Shown here: positions 1-15,160 of the stretch, piece by piece
How positions within the stretch are numbered: the stretch's first letter is position 1
How the letters are laid out: each line of letters opens with the position of its first letter
Assembly (NCBI GenBank): GCA_973851085.1
Contig: OZ316776.1
Span: forward strand, 13,516,001-13,580,000
Source of the DNA: Ptychomitrium polyphyllum
Lineage: Eukaryota
DNA: 64,000 nucleotides
Reading direction: 5' to 3'
Position numbers and translations under genes: made by a program
The notes under the pieces: generated by a model
The model's input: the letters and a program-made list of their open reading frames with translations, nothing else
What the model was told of the DNA's origin: nothing
The model's database searches: none

Positions 1-3000
1 AACAATCAACAAATGATCTTCTCCTTCTTTTGTCTTTCTAGATGATTCTTTTGATAGATTTGATATCTGACTTGCATCATCTTCAAATTCAGTTATAGCA
101 AGTATTCTAGGATCTTGTAACATTGAACCACCTAGTTTAGAAAGTGGTTGTCCAATAATTATAGAAGCTACATTTGACAAATTTTTGTCATTTTGCATCA
201 CAAAAGATTTATTCTTTTCAAAATTGCTAGTTACTAGTGGATTTTGTTCATTGTTTGTTTTTAAAGTTTTATATGCATGATTGTGCACCAACTTGAATGC
301 TCCTTGTGCATCTTCAGCAACTTTTATTTCCATCTCTAAAATCTTTTGAGCAGCTTCTTCAACTTCTTTTGCTTCTCTAATTACTTGAGCTTCTATCCTT
401 TCCATCAAATCTATAAGGATATCATATGGTTTTTTCATGCAAGAAAGACCATGGCCCAATTTTTGAAAGGTATTGGCTAATCCTTTGGCCAAATATTGAT
501 TTTCTTTTGCAACCCCTAGAGCTTCTAGATCTTCAATTGGACATTCATAAATAGATATTTGTTCAATCATACAATGAACAATAATTGGAATACTTACAAG
601 GTTGCATGGCACTTCATCAAGTAGTGCCTTGTAGTAGGTCATATCTACATCCTAGGAGAAAAAGTCCATTATCAACAAATTAAGCTTTTGGTAACATATT
701 TGAAAACAAAATCCACTGATCTATTGTAATTGCACATGATTTAATGGAAAGAAAACCAGTTACCTTCATTGGTGCGGCCTCTGGAAGTGTACAGTTTTCT
801 GTTATATTTCCTTCTAGCAAAGAAAATGCTTCAATTTGTTCTTTCAAAGATATTGTTGCTTTAATAAGGGCCTTAGCAATTTGTTCATACGGCAAGCCAC
901 TAGTTAATCGGGTTGGACTTTTAGAAATTGTAGAAGGTGGTGCTTTACCAAGAATTGGTGCTGTTACATCTGGCTATACAATAGGTTAGACGAGTAGAAG
1001 CTTTAATTAAATGCAATGGACCATGAATGCATATGTGAAATTTTCAAAGCTCAAGGTCATTTTTTTTTTGGTAACTGGAGAACAATTATTACATTATTGT
1101 TTTTAATTATAGAAAACACTGATTTAATAATAACAAGTTTTCTAAGTTGTCTCATTTTATGCAAAAAATCTGCAATGAAACTCCATTATATTTATTAGTA
1201 CAAAAAACAATAATGCAACACATAATAACAATAAACACAATTCCTTATTTTGTCTTCAAAATACAACATCTAGTAAATCATTGATGAAGTTCCTCTACAA
1301 ATTTATTATTATGTCTCTATCCATGTTTGTATAAAATTTGAATATAGGATCAATGAAAAAGTAAGGCTTTGAATTTTTAACTGGAGGGTATGGATATTTG
1401 TGTGTACCAGATTATCGTCTTCTAGAGGCGGGTCGTCATATAAGACGTTCATTACGGGAAGCTTTTTGGATGGATGGTCTTGTTTGGAGGCTTTTGCAAG
1501 GTCAAGCAGCTCTCGTACAAATGGTGGGATAGAGACAGATTCACTGGGAATTGCAGTAGAAGGTGGTGTTCTTGGAATTTTTACTGAAGCATGCTTTCTT
1601 GGAACAAAGGTCTTATGTATTGCACCTTCTGTTTCAAGTGAAGGTAATGGCTTCTTTGCTATATTGAAAACTGCTTGAAAGATGTTTTTAACTATAACTT
1701 GTTGAACGAGAGCCGCAGCAGTACTTCCAAATCCAACACACCAGTAGATACGTGTTGTTGTCAGAGGATCATTTTTCTCAGAGTGTCCTTTTACATCCCA
1801 GTATTGGGCCACTTTCACCTGGAAATTTCAGAAAATATTGAGATCTTTGAAAAAAGTTGTTGTGAAGCAAAAAATGAAAAATGTTTGAAAGAAAAGTTTT
1901 TTTTGATTCTCATACCTAATACACAGTAACATGATTGAAATTAATGTAAATATTAACCATTAATCAATTAAAAATATCATGGATTATAAAAAATTAACAT
2001 TTTGATATCATCATTTCAAGTTAATTTTTATATATGCTTTATCAATTTGCAATATAATTTTCATAATGCAATATGCTTTAAAAAATAAGGTTTAAACATA
2101 TATTTTTTCAAAGAATTTTTGTGCATCAATTTTGATATATTAAAGTAGCCTAGAAGTTTTCTATGCAAGAAAAACTTCAATGATAAATTGGTAACAAGGT
2201 GCATGAGAGTTGAAAAATGATTGTAACATTTGTATGGTGTAATGTGGCATTGTGACCTATAATGGAAAGATGATGGCATTGTTTCTCTAGCATGTGATGC
2301 ATGGCACAGCACACAATGTGTATGTAGTGTTTGCTATTCTTTCATTAACAAATTTATGGAGTTATCAGCATGCACCATCACTATGCTCTAATAGTTTTAA
2401 CAACCATAGGATTGTTAGTTGTCCATGTATCTAAGTAGTAGTTATCACATCATACAAACCAATGTTCTATTAGTAAAATGATTATTACTTCAACAAAATT
2501 CACTTACAGAAGAAGCAATTAGTAAAAAGTATTACGTATAAAATAGATTTTGTTTCTAAATTGGAGGACAGGCATGAAAACATAATAATCTTAAAAATAA
2601 TCTCTGACCATTCTACTTTGATGGAGGTCATGTAACAACTCAAACTTACTTTTGTCTCACAGCACTGTAGAAGTGTCCTAAGTTCGGCTGTTTTTTCTTC
2701 AAGCACTTTCCTTTCTACATCTAAGCCACCTGCTGGTGTCGAAGGTGGAGCTCCCTTTGCTAGTAAAACGACACAAATACAATCCTTTCGGTAATTAACT
2801 ATAATTATTCATGCTTCAGTTTCAATATTCATCTAATGTTTGAATGTTTAATTAATCAAATAACTGCAGCACATTACGTTCATAAATTTATGCTGATTGT
2901 TTTTAAAAAATCTAGTATTTTTGGTGAAAGTAACATTGGATTCTACAATTGTCGAACATTCACATTATAAAAAAAAACACAAGTATTTAACAGTAAAATA

Positions 3001-4738
3001 CCAGATTTGCCTGTGTCTACGCAATATGGCATGTACATGAGAATTTAATCAATGTTTGACAAGTCGAGTAGTGATAGTTGACATGTAAATTTACGAGACA
3101 ATTGTTACTGGGGCCATAGACAGAGTTCAAATACAGCGTATTCATAATTCAAGAAAATTCCAAGCGGACTCAGAGCATGAATGAATTAAAGAAACCTGAA
3201 GCTTTAGGAGAAGGTTTCCCTTTCGCAGACACTGCTGCTGTAGCAGCTACTTCAATGCTTGGCCTTTGTTTTGCTGCTTTTTCTGCTTCTATTGTTTTCT
3301 CTTCAATTCCTTTTAGCTTCGATAGAGCTTCTTCAAATTGTGATTTGACCTCCAGTTCCTTTGCCATGGCTTCCTGATATTTTTGTAAATACTATTCATC
3401 GTTTTTAATCACAAATGTACCTACCAAGAGTATGAAACTAAAATTTACAAAGAACATGTTAGCTTTTCGTAGTAAACTACCTCTATATTCTTTTTGCATA
3501 ATTCTGCTACATCCGCCCTCCGTTGCTCTTCTCTTCTGTGTTCATCATCTTTGTCTAACATTGATCTTTCTTTATTTATGATCATTCAATGCAGTGGTTT
3601 TGAAAATTTTCAGTGTTTTACAAGAAAGATATATTTAAAAAAAGTAATTGTAGTTTTCGCCCAAGTGACAATCAGTATTCTGTATAAAACGTTAAAAAAT
3701 CTATAAATTTGACTCGTACATTTTAATCCATTATTTTAATTATATTATGGAAGGATATGTATTACCTTCAAACACTTCATTCAAAAGCTTTGGATTTAGC
3801 CAATTCGGATCTCCACTTGCCTATGTAAAACTACATTTGAGATTGTATTATATTGATATAAATCAAATAATTTAAGGTTTCAATTTTAATGGATTATTGC
3901 AAAACATCTATATACCACAAATCAAACATAAAAAGCCTTATCTACAAGCATATACAATCCTTCATTTAGAATTTAAAACAAGTTTTTCCAAATTAATAAT
4001 TTATTAATTATGAATTTGGCATATGATATTAAGAAAAAGCTTGCAAATTTCATGATTATGAAAACGTCTATTTGGCAATATACAACCATTTATGTAGCTA
4101 AATAAACACAGATAAGTTTCAAAATTTTAAGTACATTTAAAATATGTTTAATTCTTCCATAATTATCATTGTTGTTTAGTTTACCATTGCATCTTTGAGT
4201 TTTATTCCTAAAAGTGTAGGTGGAATAATTGCCATTTCCTACATCATACAAAACAAATGCAAATTTCATCATGAATGCACAAATAATAATTGATCGCTGG
4301 AACAATGTCCAACATATATGTTCATGTGTTGTAGGGAAAACCATGACAAATTATCACCTCTGAAGCCATAGTGTCTGCATCTACAATTGCCATGCTGTAT
4401 GCAGGACGCATTGCATTAATTGCTTCCACTAAGCGCCCAGCATCAATAGTTAATACGGTTTCAATACTTATACCAATGCAGGACCAATTAATGGGCCATG
4501 TTGGAAGAGGCGGTGCCTGTTTACATACAAAAAAATAAAATTAAGAGTACTGCAAATAGCATTACACACCTATTGTGCAGAACGATTCTTTCAAAATATG
4601 ATAACATTTTGCATAATTTATAATGTCACAGAATTATAAACAACTGACCTCTCCTTCTTTATAACGAGGAGGTGATGGAGTTGCTTTTGCATTACTTGTA
4701 ACTACTCCTTTTGAAGGGGCTATAACTTTTGGAGCCAT
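1..4738 (-). CDS. SPAG17: SPAG17/PF6-like flagellar central-pair projection protein, 5' portion (continues beyond window start). Exons (minus): 4738-4649, 4516-4358, 4238-4185, 3820-3766, 3554 (or 3569)-3481, 3373-3196, 2759-2650, 1818-1408, 973-764, 651-<1
   Basis: GT-AG exons join in phase with no stop from MAPKVIAP to the window edge. The 651-1 exon is open for 217 codons. Motifs DVDMTYYKALLDEVPCNLVSIPIIVHCMIEQI and RIYWCVGF resemble, from recall, SPAG17 '[32 protein letters not shown]' and 'HYIIVVGF', in the same order. The exon 5 acceptor is uncertain. Confidence 0.72.
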
Positions 4739-7700
4739 AAAAACTCACATTAATTTTTTCTTTGAAAGATGTGGGTTTTGCATAAGCTCAATTATATAAA
4801 AGAAAAAAATTTGGAATTTTAAAAAATATTGCTCTTAGAATGTATTCGTTATGCCAACATTCAAAATTGTAAAAATCAATTGGATATTGAAAGGCCGCTA
4901 AACATCAAAGAAGTTACATTTGCCATCAAATAGATAATATTAGACATCAATGATTCCTAGGATGATAAATGAAAACAATGAAACATATAATTATAAAAAA
5001 TAGAATGATTGGGAAATGTTAATTGCAAGACTCCTTTCATTAAAAAACTTATTGCTTCAATATGGGGAAGTTTTTATATATGTTGATATTTGATGTTCAA
5101 AAATTTATAATAAGCTAATGTAAATTGCAGTAAAAAAAATGGTATTCCAATCTAAAATTTGATAAAATATAATCATCTTTAGTTTGTACTTTTATGTTAC
5201 ATATGTATTATAAAACATGTTGCAAAATATGCCTTAATTTAAATCAAAGACAATGAATATACAAAGATTTATGGTTTTCAATTACATTAAAGTTTTTTAA
5301 GAATAATGAGAATAAAAGTAATTTTAAACTTGGAATCAAATATTTTGGTGCATTACAATTTTTAAATGAAATATGAAACATGATAGGATAGCTTATAAAT
5401 GATATAATAATTTTAATGGAATATATGCAAAAAAATTATATGATACACAATATATTGAGAATGTTGTTAATAATTTGACACAAATAATAAATTTTAAGTG
5501 ATAAAATATGTTATCTATAATGTGGGACCACCAATGAGAATATTTTCAATCAATAGAATGCTTGTAATGCTACTTCAAAATTTTATTTGTACATTCATAT
5601 TAACATAATGTAATAAAATTTATAATATTTTAATTTTAAAATAACTCATTTTAAAACTCAACAAGATGAGGTAAGCTGCTCAATGTTTTTTTTTGTAAAA
5701 ATAAAAAACATAAGGCAATGAATATATACATACTTTTTTAAAAATTGGACACATTTATTAATTTTGTATCAATAATATGAAGTTTTGGTTTCAAAATTTC
5801 TCTCAAAATAAAAGCAAATGAATTTTTAACAGCTAAGTAAAGCAACTCAAACCTTAATCATGGGCTTGGCAAATCAATGGATTATTGTTTAATATAGCGG
5901 AGCTTGTGAGGTTAGTGGCATGGGTGGTATAACTGTTGGAGTGGTTGAATTTGTAGATCCCATGCTAAAGTATACGTTCTTTTGATAAGGCTAATGCACC
6001 TTGCTATATAATGCATGTCGTTCAACCTTGGTGCCTATTATACCATAGTAGACCTAGTAATTATTTAACTTATACCTTAATTCTTTCTTGTTTATGGCAT
6101 TTGTCGTCCTTCCTTAGTTCTAAAGGTGATATAAGCACTTAGACTTTTACTACAAATTTAAGTACAAGGTGATAACAAAGTCATACTTTTATGCATTTGA
6201 ATGGATATAAATGGATAAAATCAATTTGAATCTCTATTTATATATACAACCTTGTACATATACTTCCATCTAAGTCAAGGAATTTTATCAATCAATTAGG
6301 ATAATTATTGTCCAAGTTTTAAATGTGAACAGATATTTGGATGATACTAGGGGTGCAAAAATTCTTAGGATGCCTAGAATGAACAACCATGGAATATCAT
6401 TTGAATAAGATTTATTTCAAAATTGAAGATGAATAAGATCAAAGTTGAAAAACAACCATGAAATAAGTAATATGCATTAATATGAAAGATGTAATAAAAC
6501 ATGAAGAGATTGAAGGCAATAAGAAAAAAACATGTTATTAGTTGGCATTGTCAAGAGGGAAGAAAGATTAGTTTTTAATATTTTATTAAATTTGAAGGTT
6601 CAATAAAACTTTCAATTTATAAATCTTAAAGATTAAGCAACCTTTAAGAACTTCCATATGGCAATTAGACTTCTATTAACAATTATATGTGCATACTTTC
6701 ATCCTTAAGGAAATTCCAAAGATTTCCAATAATTCATAGATTTTTATTAGAAATTGCATATGTATCCTCGAGTCTTTATATTGTTTCAAAAAATTAAAGT
6801 TGGAATAAATTTCAAATTAAATTCAAATGCTTCAAAAATATCATCAAAATTGTAGACTAGAATGGAAAACATTAAACTTTTCAACATGCTCCAAAGATCT
6901 TTATCAATTTGAAAAATAACAGAAAAACCAATCCCATGCTAATTCATGGTCAGAGCATGATTGTACCTCCTCAAACTACTAGCCTTAGTCTATTACATCT
7001 TGCTAATTAAATACAAACGGTTCATTCAATGGCCAAAATTCTGCACAAAATTGGGGCACCAAAATTAATAAACACTCCCTTTACACAAGATTTTACATTA
7101 AATGACACCAAACAAAAACATTATTTTAAAATCAAAAATAAAAAATGGATCAAAAGATGTCAGTGTATGATCGAAAAACGAATTAACCCAGATATTTAGG
7201 GGTTAATAATCAAAACATGCGTATACCAATCTACTGGCAAATGGAAGAAAAGGAACTATGTCAAACCACTTGAGAATAAAATCCAGCTCCAAGGCAGCAA
7301 GCTCATACATCAACCTAGGCGTAGTTGACAATACTAAAAGTTCTACAACTATTTTACTCTTAAACGCTCCGCACAAATGGCCCCTCAAACCATTTTCAAT
7401 CCAGACTTCGCTCTTTGGAGATTGATCAATCATGAAATGTACTTCATTGAAATTCAAAAGGCACTGCAGGAGTCGTTTTCACAATTGAAACTAAATTTAG
7501 CAATGCTTGGCCATTCGAAGCTTGAGATGTTATAAAACCCTTGCGACAGCCTTATTTAATCATTTGAACCTAGATATCAGCACATCTGGATAGCAAAATC
7601 AGGAGTTACATTCATAAGCTAGTTTTACGTCTCTGTATTGCATCCTAGAAGGATGTCTTAAGAGAGTAAGTTGTCAAATTGCTCCTCCGACTGGCACCAT

Positions 7701-8400
7701 GTATTCACAATCAAAAGTTAAGATTCCTTGACTAGCAATTGTCAAGCGTTCCTCCCTCCACATAATGATCTGCTCCTCTTAGTCTTACCACATCAAGACT
7801 ATGTTCTACCCTATATCCATGCCAAACATAATAATTAGAAAACTATCTTCTCCAAATCGGACAACCCTTTAAAAATACAGCAGAGCCTACATTCTGGAAC
7901 CATAGGGACTATCAAAGCATTGGTGAACAAGAACAGACTCTCTCAGTACCCCAAGAATGTTGCACTAATGCATACTGTAAAGAGAGCAAATGGTTAAATT
8001 ATGAGTTTATGGAGACTTCGAAGCTTGGCTCCAAAGAATGTTTTCATGCATCATCTACTTTAACACAGCGCACTTTCCACAGTATCTCAAAGTAGGTAAC
8101 TAAAAACCTCAACGTTGGACGAGAGAAATACTCACCAGCTAAACGGTACTAAGCCTTAGCTTTGAAACTGCACGTTGGCCGTGATATCAGGTGTTTAAAG
8201 GTATGTTGGAATATACCTATCAGTTTCGAATTTGAAACAAGTAGGCTTAATTTGAAGCCTAGCTTGGGCTGTAGACGCAAAACTTGTACTACAACAACGT
8301 TTTTGAAAGTGACAATAAATATTTCTCCTTCTCAAACACCGAAACTCCTTCCGAAGGCCTAGTTGGAATACTTTGAACGACCGGGGTTTTCGGCCTCAGC

Positions 8401-11400
8401 TCATCCTGGTACTTGCATCTCCATCTCCACGACAAAAGCATCAACCTTTGATTGGACATCCGAACGTTCTATCAACATTTCCTGAAAATCGTTTTTGATT
8501 TGATTGACCTCTGGGGTTATACTAGTAAACTCGTTGTCAGAATCTGCAATCAAAGTCTCTAGAGCAGAAGCACCTGCATGTTCAGGGAATCCTTACTCTT
8601 AGTGACCAAGATCATTAATTAGTCCAGAATCGACAAAATACGTCGTCTTCCTCAATTTGGAAAATTTTGAAAAACGAAAAAGCCCACAAATTTAAACAAC
8701 GCTTAGATGCAAGCTTGTGGAGCTACGACCTTGGTTCCCTGAAAGTTTTACCTGTGATCCCAGAAACATAAGCATCTGTATAACTACTTGATAATCTGGG
8801 CGCTTGGAATTCCTCACGATCGACAGACCCCTGATCAGGAGCAAATGCAGATCCATGCAAAGTGCCTTCATGGCTTTCTGCTTGTTCGCTTGGAGCGTCT
8901 TCTTGGATCTGCACTTGTTCATTGACAGATTGTTCTTTATTTTTCACATGATCTACTGACAAACCTGAACAGAGGTCACAAAATCAATTTAGTAAAAGTA
9001 GAACCCTCGACATCAACGTAACTCAATTAACAATTACCATATTCTGGCCAACCTAGTTATAGAACTCAATCACTGAAACACAGAGAATTGATTTCAGCAG
9101 CAAATACCGTGATGTACCTTCATAACTATTCTCCGCTTCGTCTTCATTCTTCAGATCTTCTAATTGTTTAGCAATTAGAGCATGTAATGCTGCCTCTTTA
9201 TCTTTATGCGATTCTTCCAACTCAGAAGTGGTCACAATAGCTCTACTCAGACTTGTCTTAACCTGTTGATTTTCAGTAATCAAAAGGTCGCGACTCACCT
9301 GTAATTCTAGGAACTGCGTTGCAGTAAATGCAGTTAGAAGGATACAAATCAAGCAATCAAGCAGAAGACTAAATAGAAGGGTCTCAATACTTAACAAAGA
9401 CAATTCCAGGCTACTCAATGAAAACAATCAACGGAAACATGCGTACAAACACTGGTGCAATAAAATAATACCTGCTTATCTAACTTCAATCTTGCATCAG
9501 TTGCTAGAGAAAGATCCTTTCTGCTTCGCTCAACTTCTGCTTGCGCACGCCTAATGTTTCCTTTTAACTCTTTCAGTTCTTTATCAGCATTCTACAATTA
9601 GAGGACAAGGATCAAATAAAACCCATTACCAAATATATAGTAGAATTATCTTTCAAATACCGAGTTCAAGAGCAAGCTGATGAGTGCGTACACACTGTGC
9701 ATGCATCCTAGTACACAGAATTAAACCTAATACCGTACGCACCTCCAAAGCAAGCCGTACGCGTTGAACCTCTAGACTCAAACGATCAGATTGCCTTTCA
9801 GCTTCTCTGCGACTTGCAAGAGCCTGCACCACCTCTTGTCGGGCACTCTTCACCTGCAGGTCAAACAGCTTGATACCATCATTATTTGCAGAAAGTCGAA
9901 CAAGAGCAATTCTTCGTCGCTGAAAAAGAGACCTCATGAACTTCGTAAACAACGTCTACAGTGAGCAGTTTCTCTGCTCCTTGTCCAATATTTCGAAAAT
10001 TATAGTTTGTACAATTGAAACAAGTCAAACAAAACACTCCTTAAGAAAAGGAGTGTTTTCTGCTCTAAGGAAAATTAAATTGTAACTTACAGACCATCGT
10101 AACGTTCACCACATGCATCTCAAACAACATACAGAGAACTACATTACAATAAGAGATAACGCGAAGCATCCTAACACGTCTAAGGCTATCATATATCTAC
10201 TAATTATTTCATCGATCAATAGGAGGTCCAACGTATTCAGCATCTGTTTGAAGCCTCCCTGCAAGTCAAATTCTATTTAAAACATGAGAAATTCATGCTG
10301 CTGCAGAATACAAAAGGTTGGATCTGCTGAAGCAAGTAAATGTGAAGTCTAGCACGAATACGGTCTTAATTAGAAACGACGAGACATAGTGAGGAATCGC
10401 AGCCAAAGTTAGAGCCCATCTATGATATATTAGTCAACTTGTACAACCAGTGAATGCCCTAAAGTGGTGCATACTTTGAGGATATCGTAGAAAGAGCTAG
10501 GCTCTCCTCATTTATGCCACAAACTGAAAATCCAGAGGGGGTAAGGTTACCTGGAGAAGCACAGATACTACACAAGCCACACGATAAGAATAAAGTCGTC
10601 AAACGAAACTCACCTGTAACTCTAGCTCTACGACCCGAAGCACTGAGGCTTGCTCAGTTTGAGCACGTAATTCCCGCTCTTGCTCGATCATCTCCAGCAA
10701 CTGATATCGCAGCTCTGCCATCTCCTGAGTCAAATCCTCTGCCTCGTCTTTAGCTTTGTCCCTTTCTGCCACTACTTCTTCCTGCAAAATACGAAAGTTG
10801 TGCCAAATAAGTTGTTACAAGACGTATGCTAGAGGAAGGGAACGCCTTGCACAAGAAGCATTCAGCCGCATGCTGCAAAGTTCACCCTCAAAAACTTGGT
10901 TGGTGCAGAAGGAATGTAATTACAGACTTGTACCTCCAGCAGTGTGATTCGAGTTTTCAGATCTTTGAGCTGCCGATCTTTCAAAGCCAATTCATCCGAA
11001 GCTGTTCGTTCACGAGCCTCAGATTCTTCAAGCCTCATTTTAAGTTCATGAATGTCCTCCTCTACCTCTAACGACGCTTCTCCCATATCAAGTAGCGTCT
11101 GTAACGAGAGCCCGTTCAAAGTCCCAGGAGAGATCAAAGCCCTCTCCAAGTGTCCTTTCTTAGCAGGAGTAATCAGGAAATCCAGCTCACCGTCGCTACT
11201 GCCAGCAAGATGCAGTTCAGTTTCAAGGTGCGCAACTTGAGCCCTGAGCTCCTCCCTCTCCAAAGCCCATTCCTCTTCGTCCCGAGAGTGCTGCACACAA
11301 AAGCTGATCGTGAACTCAAAATGGTAGCATATATTGGTCAAGAGGATCAATTGCTGAGAGGGCGCAGAACAATCACGAGGTCGCTCTAACAGACGTGAGG

Positions 11401-11890
11401 CAGACGTGAAACCTAAGAGATGAGAAGATATCGGGAGTATTTTTTATCTTACATTGGCGCTATCCAATTTAAGCTGAAGCTGAAGCGCCACTTGATCAGC
11501 CTGGAGCTGCGCCACTTCCTCCTCCAAACCCCAGAGCTGGTCCTTAACGTCGGTAATAACCTTATCGGATTGCAGCAGCTGCGCCTGGAGGAGCGCCACA
11601 TGCTCCTTCATGGCATTGGCCTCAGAGGTCTTGAAGTCCAAGGCGTGGTGGGTCTCGTCGCAGCGAGACTCAAACTGTGCAAGCTCATGCTACAGAGGAC
11701 AGAGAGGAATGAGGGAATGAAAGCGATCGGGGAAGTGAAGCGGAAGGTGGGGGGGAAGTAAATCGGTAGGTCGGTAGGTCGGTACCTGGAGGCGCGAGAG
11801 GCGCAGGAGGGCCGGGGGGTCAGAGTGGTGCAGAAGCTCGCTGCTGCGGTGGTCCAGGCAGGCGCTGTAGAAGTGCGGCGAGTGCGCCAT
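8401..11890 (-). CDS. Uncharacterised long coiled-coil protein, ~554 aa, 9 exons: 11890-11786, 11689-11453, 11290-10934, 10781-10614, 9853-9743, 9591-9472, 9298-9118, 8964-8752, 8573-8401
   Basis: Nine GT-AG bounded exons sum to 1665 nt (555 codons), ATG at 11890 to TGA at 8403-8401. The sequence is E/L/Q/K/R heptad-rich (e.g. EDIHELKMRLEESEARERTASDELALKDRQLKDLKTRI) with an acidic low-complexity C-terminus and a GC-rich 5' region. Confidence 0.8.
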
Positions 11891-14692
11891 CAAGGGAGCA
11901 TGTGAAGACGCCGCACGAGGCCACAAACAACGCACAAAGACAAACAAAGAGGACAGGACCGCCAAGAGAGCAAGGGGATGGGACTGAGTGTTGTGGTGGT
12001 GGGGCAAGAGCCGGGTGAGGCGATGGCGATGGCGATGGCGGAGCTGTGGACGGGGGTTGCCGTATGCACCCAAGCTCCGAACCACGTCCACGCCCTGCCA
12101 GCCTGTCCCCACGCCATTCGAATTCATTCCTCCCACGGCCCCCCAATTCCCCCACCCGACCCTAATCGCCCGTTATCTTCCCATACCCCGACCCTTAGGG
12201 CCGCTTTTACAGCCCCTTCGCACATAGTGAGTGACTGCGCCCCTTCCCTAATCTTGCAAACCAAGGGTGATTCTTCGACCTTTTCTGTGATTATCCTCTG
12301 CGACTTTATTTAGTTGTGGTCGTATTACCTGAAATTACCACTTTCAAGTTTGTAATACTTGTATTATTTACATACATTCTTTTGAATCAATATCAATATG
12401 CTCTTAAACCTTTGCTGAACTTTGGGTGTTCTTGGACTGAAATTTTTTCTAAAATTCGTCGGTTTAGTAATTTTAACTTTTGAATTATAATCCATATACG
12501 TATGTGGCATATCAATGTCTTTTTACCTTAAAATCATCCAATTTCAATGTTAAGAATAAAATGTGAAATTCAATATATAAACTCAATTCTACTTTCAAAG
12601 TTAGATTGTAGAACTAACTAAAATAAACAACTACTTTACTAAAGATTTAAGTATTTTATAAAAATAAATTTATTATTAATTTAATTTTTTTCTATCACAA
12701 CACTATATTAAGTATACATTTATATTGTCTTTTTAAGAATTTCTATCACCAAAGAATCACAGCATTAGGCTTACAAGGTAACAAGTATATAAATTCAAAC
12801 TTATAATTCATGCATATAATCAATTCATATTCTAAAATCTATAAATAATTAAAAACACAAAATATGTGAACAAGTCTTTGAACGTTGATGAAATATATTT
12901 TATATCATTATCCATTACAAAATTACATCTGCATTGCAAAAATTGCATAGACTTAGTTACATTGATTATTTAGACACATACATACACACGCATCATTCAC
13001 CCACATAAAAATTTAAAAAATTTAAGAAAATCTAATGCAGAATCTTTAAAAGCCTTGCAAGAGCAAAATCATAAAAACAAATTAGACACCACAATTTTAT
13101 AATTAATTTTCTTAGATAATAAAAATGCTTTTAATAAATTTTCCAATACAACAAATAGAAATTTATATGTGATAAGATGAAAAATGGTCACAACTACAAT
13201 TGTAATAAATAAGAGTGTATTTTAATGTCAGTTGATTCGTCTTACATCTTTATTTCAAAGTTAATACCATTAGGTTATGATCAAAAGGTAAAGAAATTGT
13301 GCACCATAAAATAATACTATGGACTTAGAATTGATGACAACATAGAAGTTTACTATCATAAATATATGTTCATCACTTGCTGTACTTTAAGCTAAAGTGA
13401 TTCTATATCCATTTGTCTTGCTTATTCCACCATAACTTTTATAATGCCCTTTTTGCATTATTATGTCTTTCACTTTGTCTCTTTATTTATATGCTTGTTT
13501 TTGTAATTCACTTCTTGTTGTTTCCTATAAGGCATTTTTTTTGCTTGATTATCATGGATTGGCAGATTTAAATGGTATAAAAGAATTTTATACCATTTAA
13601 TTGATTGTAATTGATCTTTCAAGTTGGAATTAAGCCATGAAAAAATGACAACTACACTTTAAGCATTAGATCATATTTTTAGATGCTAAATTTGTGCCAC
13701 ATACGGTGCCAATTAAGATGATTGCAAATCAAGCCTAATTTCCATTTAAAATCATAATATATGGTTCTAGGAATTTGAATAATCTTATTGATTTAGTTTC
13801 ATAAATTCAAATTGCGCCTTCAATAGACATTTGGATAAAACAATCATTAAACTTTGTTGGAAGAAGTTTTAGATTTTTGGTAGCTAATGATAATGTTGTA
13901 TAAATAAAGATCCTCATATCCAAGAAATTGGATATTATAATCATTATTGAATATGCAGTGAACAAAATCAAATAATAAAATGTCACAAATATTAATTTAA
14001 AGAACAAAGGAAAAATCACAATGCATGAGCCAAGCTATCTTTTGCACTACAAAAAAAAAATCCAAAAGTGCAAGTATAAGAAGAAATCAAAATCTTTAAT
14101 AAATGGTTTTACTACCATCTTTAAGCAAACTTTATCAAAGCTTCATTCTTTCAAATTACAATCATAATACTTATTTTGGCAAAGAATGCCAAGCTAAGGA
14201 AGTTTTGAGTAAATATCTATTCCAAATCTTAATTGGCATTGAAAAAAAGCTAACATACAATTTAGGTTAAATGGATGAAAAAATAGGTAAATTATATTAT
14301 ATTGCATCCATTGGATGTGATTTGACATCAAGTGTCACCTTACACAATAATAACAACCTTTTATCTTTTTAACTTTTTCAAAAAAAAGTTTTGTTATGGA
14401 AAATGTCTCCATTTTGATGGAATGATTTTTTTGGCATAAATTCACATTAGAAATAAGATTAATTTTTTTCAATAAAGAAAAATTTAATGTTTATACCTTA
14501 AAACCTTATCTAAACTAATAATTAAATTTGATAAAAATAATAAAGATTTGTATGATGGATTGTTTAAATTAAATAGTAATTAGACAATAGAAAGACTAAT
14601 GCAAATTCTTGCATTGAATTACTATAAGTGGTTGATGTATCATATTTGGAATTATTGGCTAGTAAAACTTGTGCCAAACCATACTGAGCTTA

Positions 14693-15046
<354 letters not shown>

Positions 15047-15160
15047 TTATGTGCAACACGCAGAGGAGATAGGAGTGGCGGAGTGGCGTAAGACTGGGCA
15101 AGAATTGGAGGTAGCCATGAAGGGGATGATTAGGGCAAGCCCACAGGCCCACAGGCACAC

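Noticed and set aside
1..7000. AT-rich region initially suspected to be a decayed transposon or giant-virus insertion
   Set aside because: 1-4738 resolves into an intact spliced gene with SPAG17-like motifs, and no transposase or viral motif was seen. 4800-7000 remains unassigned.
11690..12313. Longer ORFs extending upstream of the coiled-coil gene ATG
   Set aside because: GC-rich 5' UTR. An in-frame upstream start at 12136 cannot be excluded, but the extension looks non-coding.
13400..14400. Weak resemblance to Copia RT words (LLILAL, LDVK) on the minus strand
   Set aside because: The motifs are in the wrong order and too short to support.
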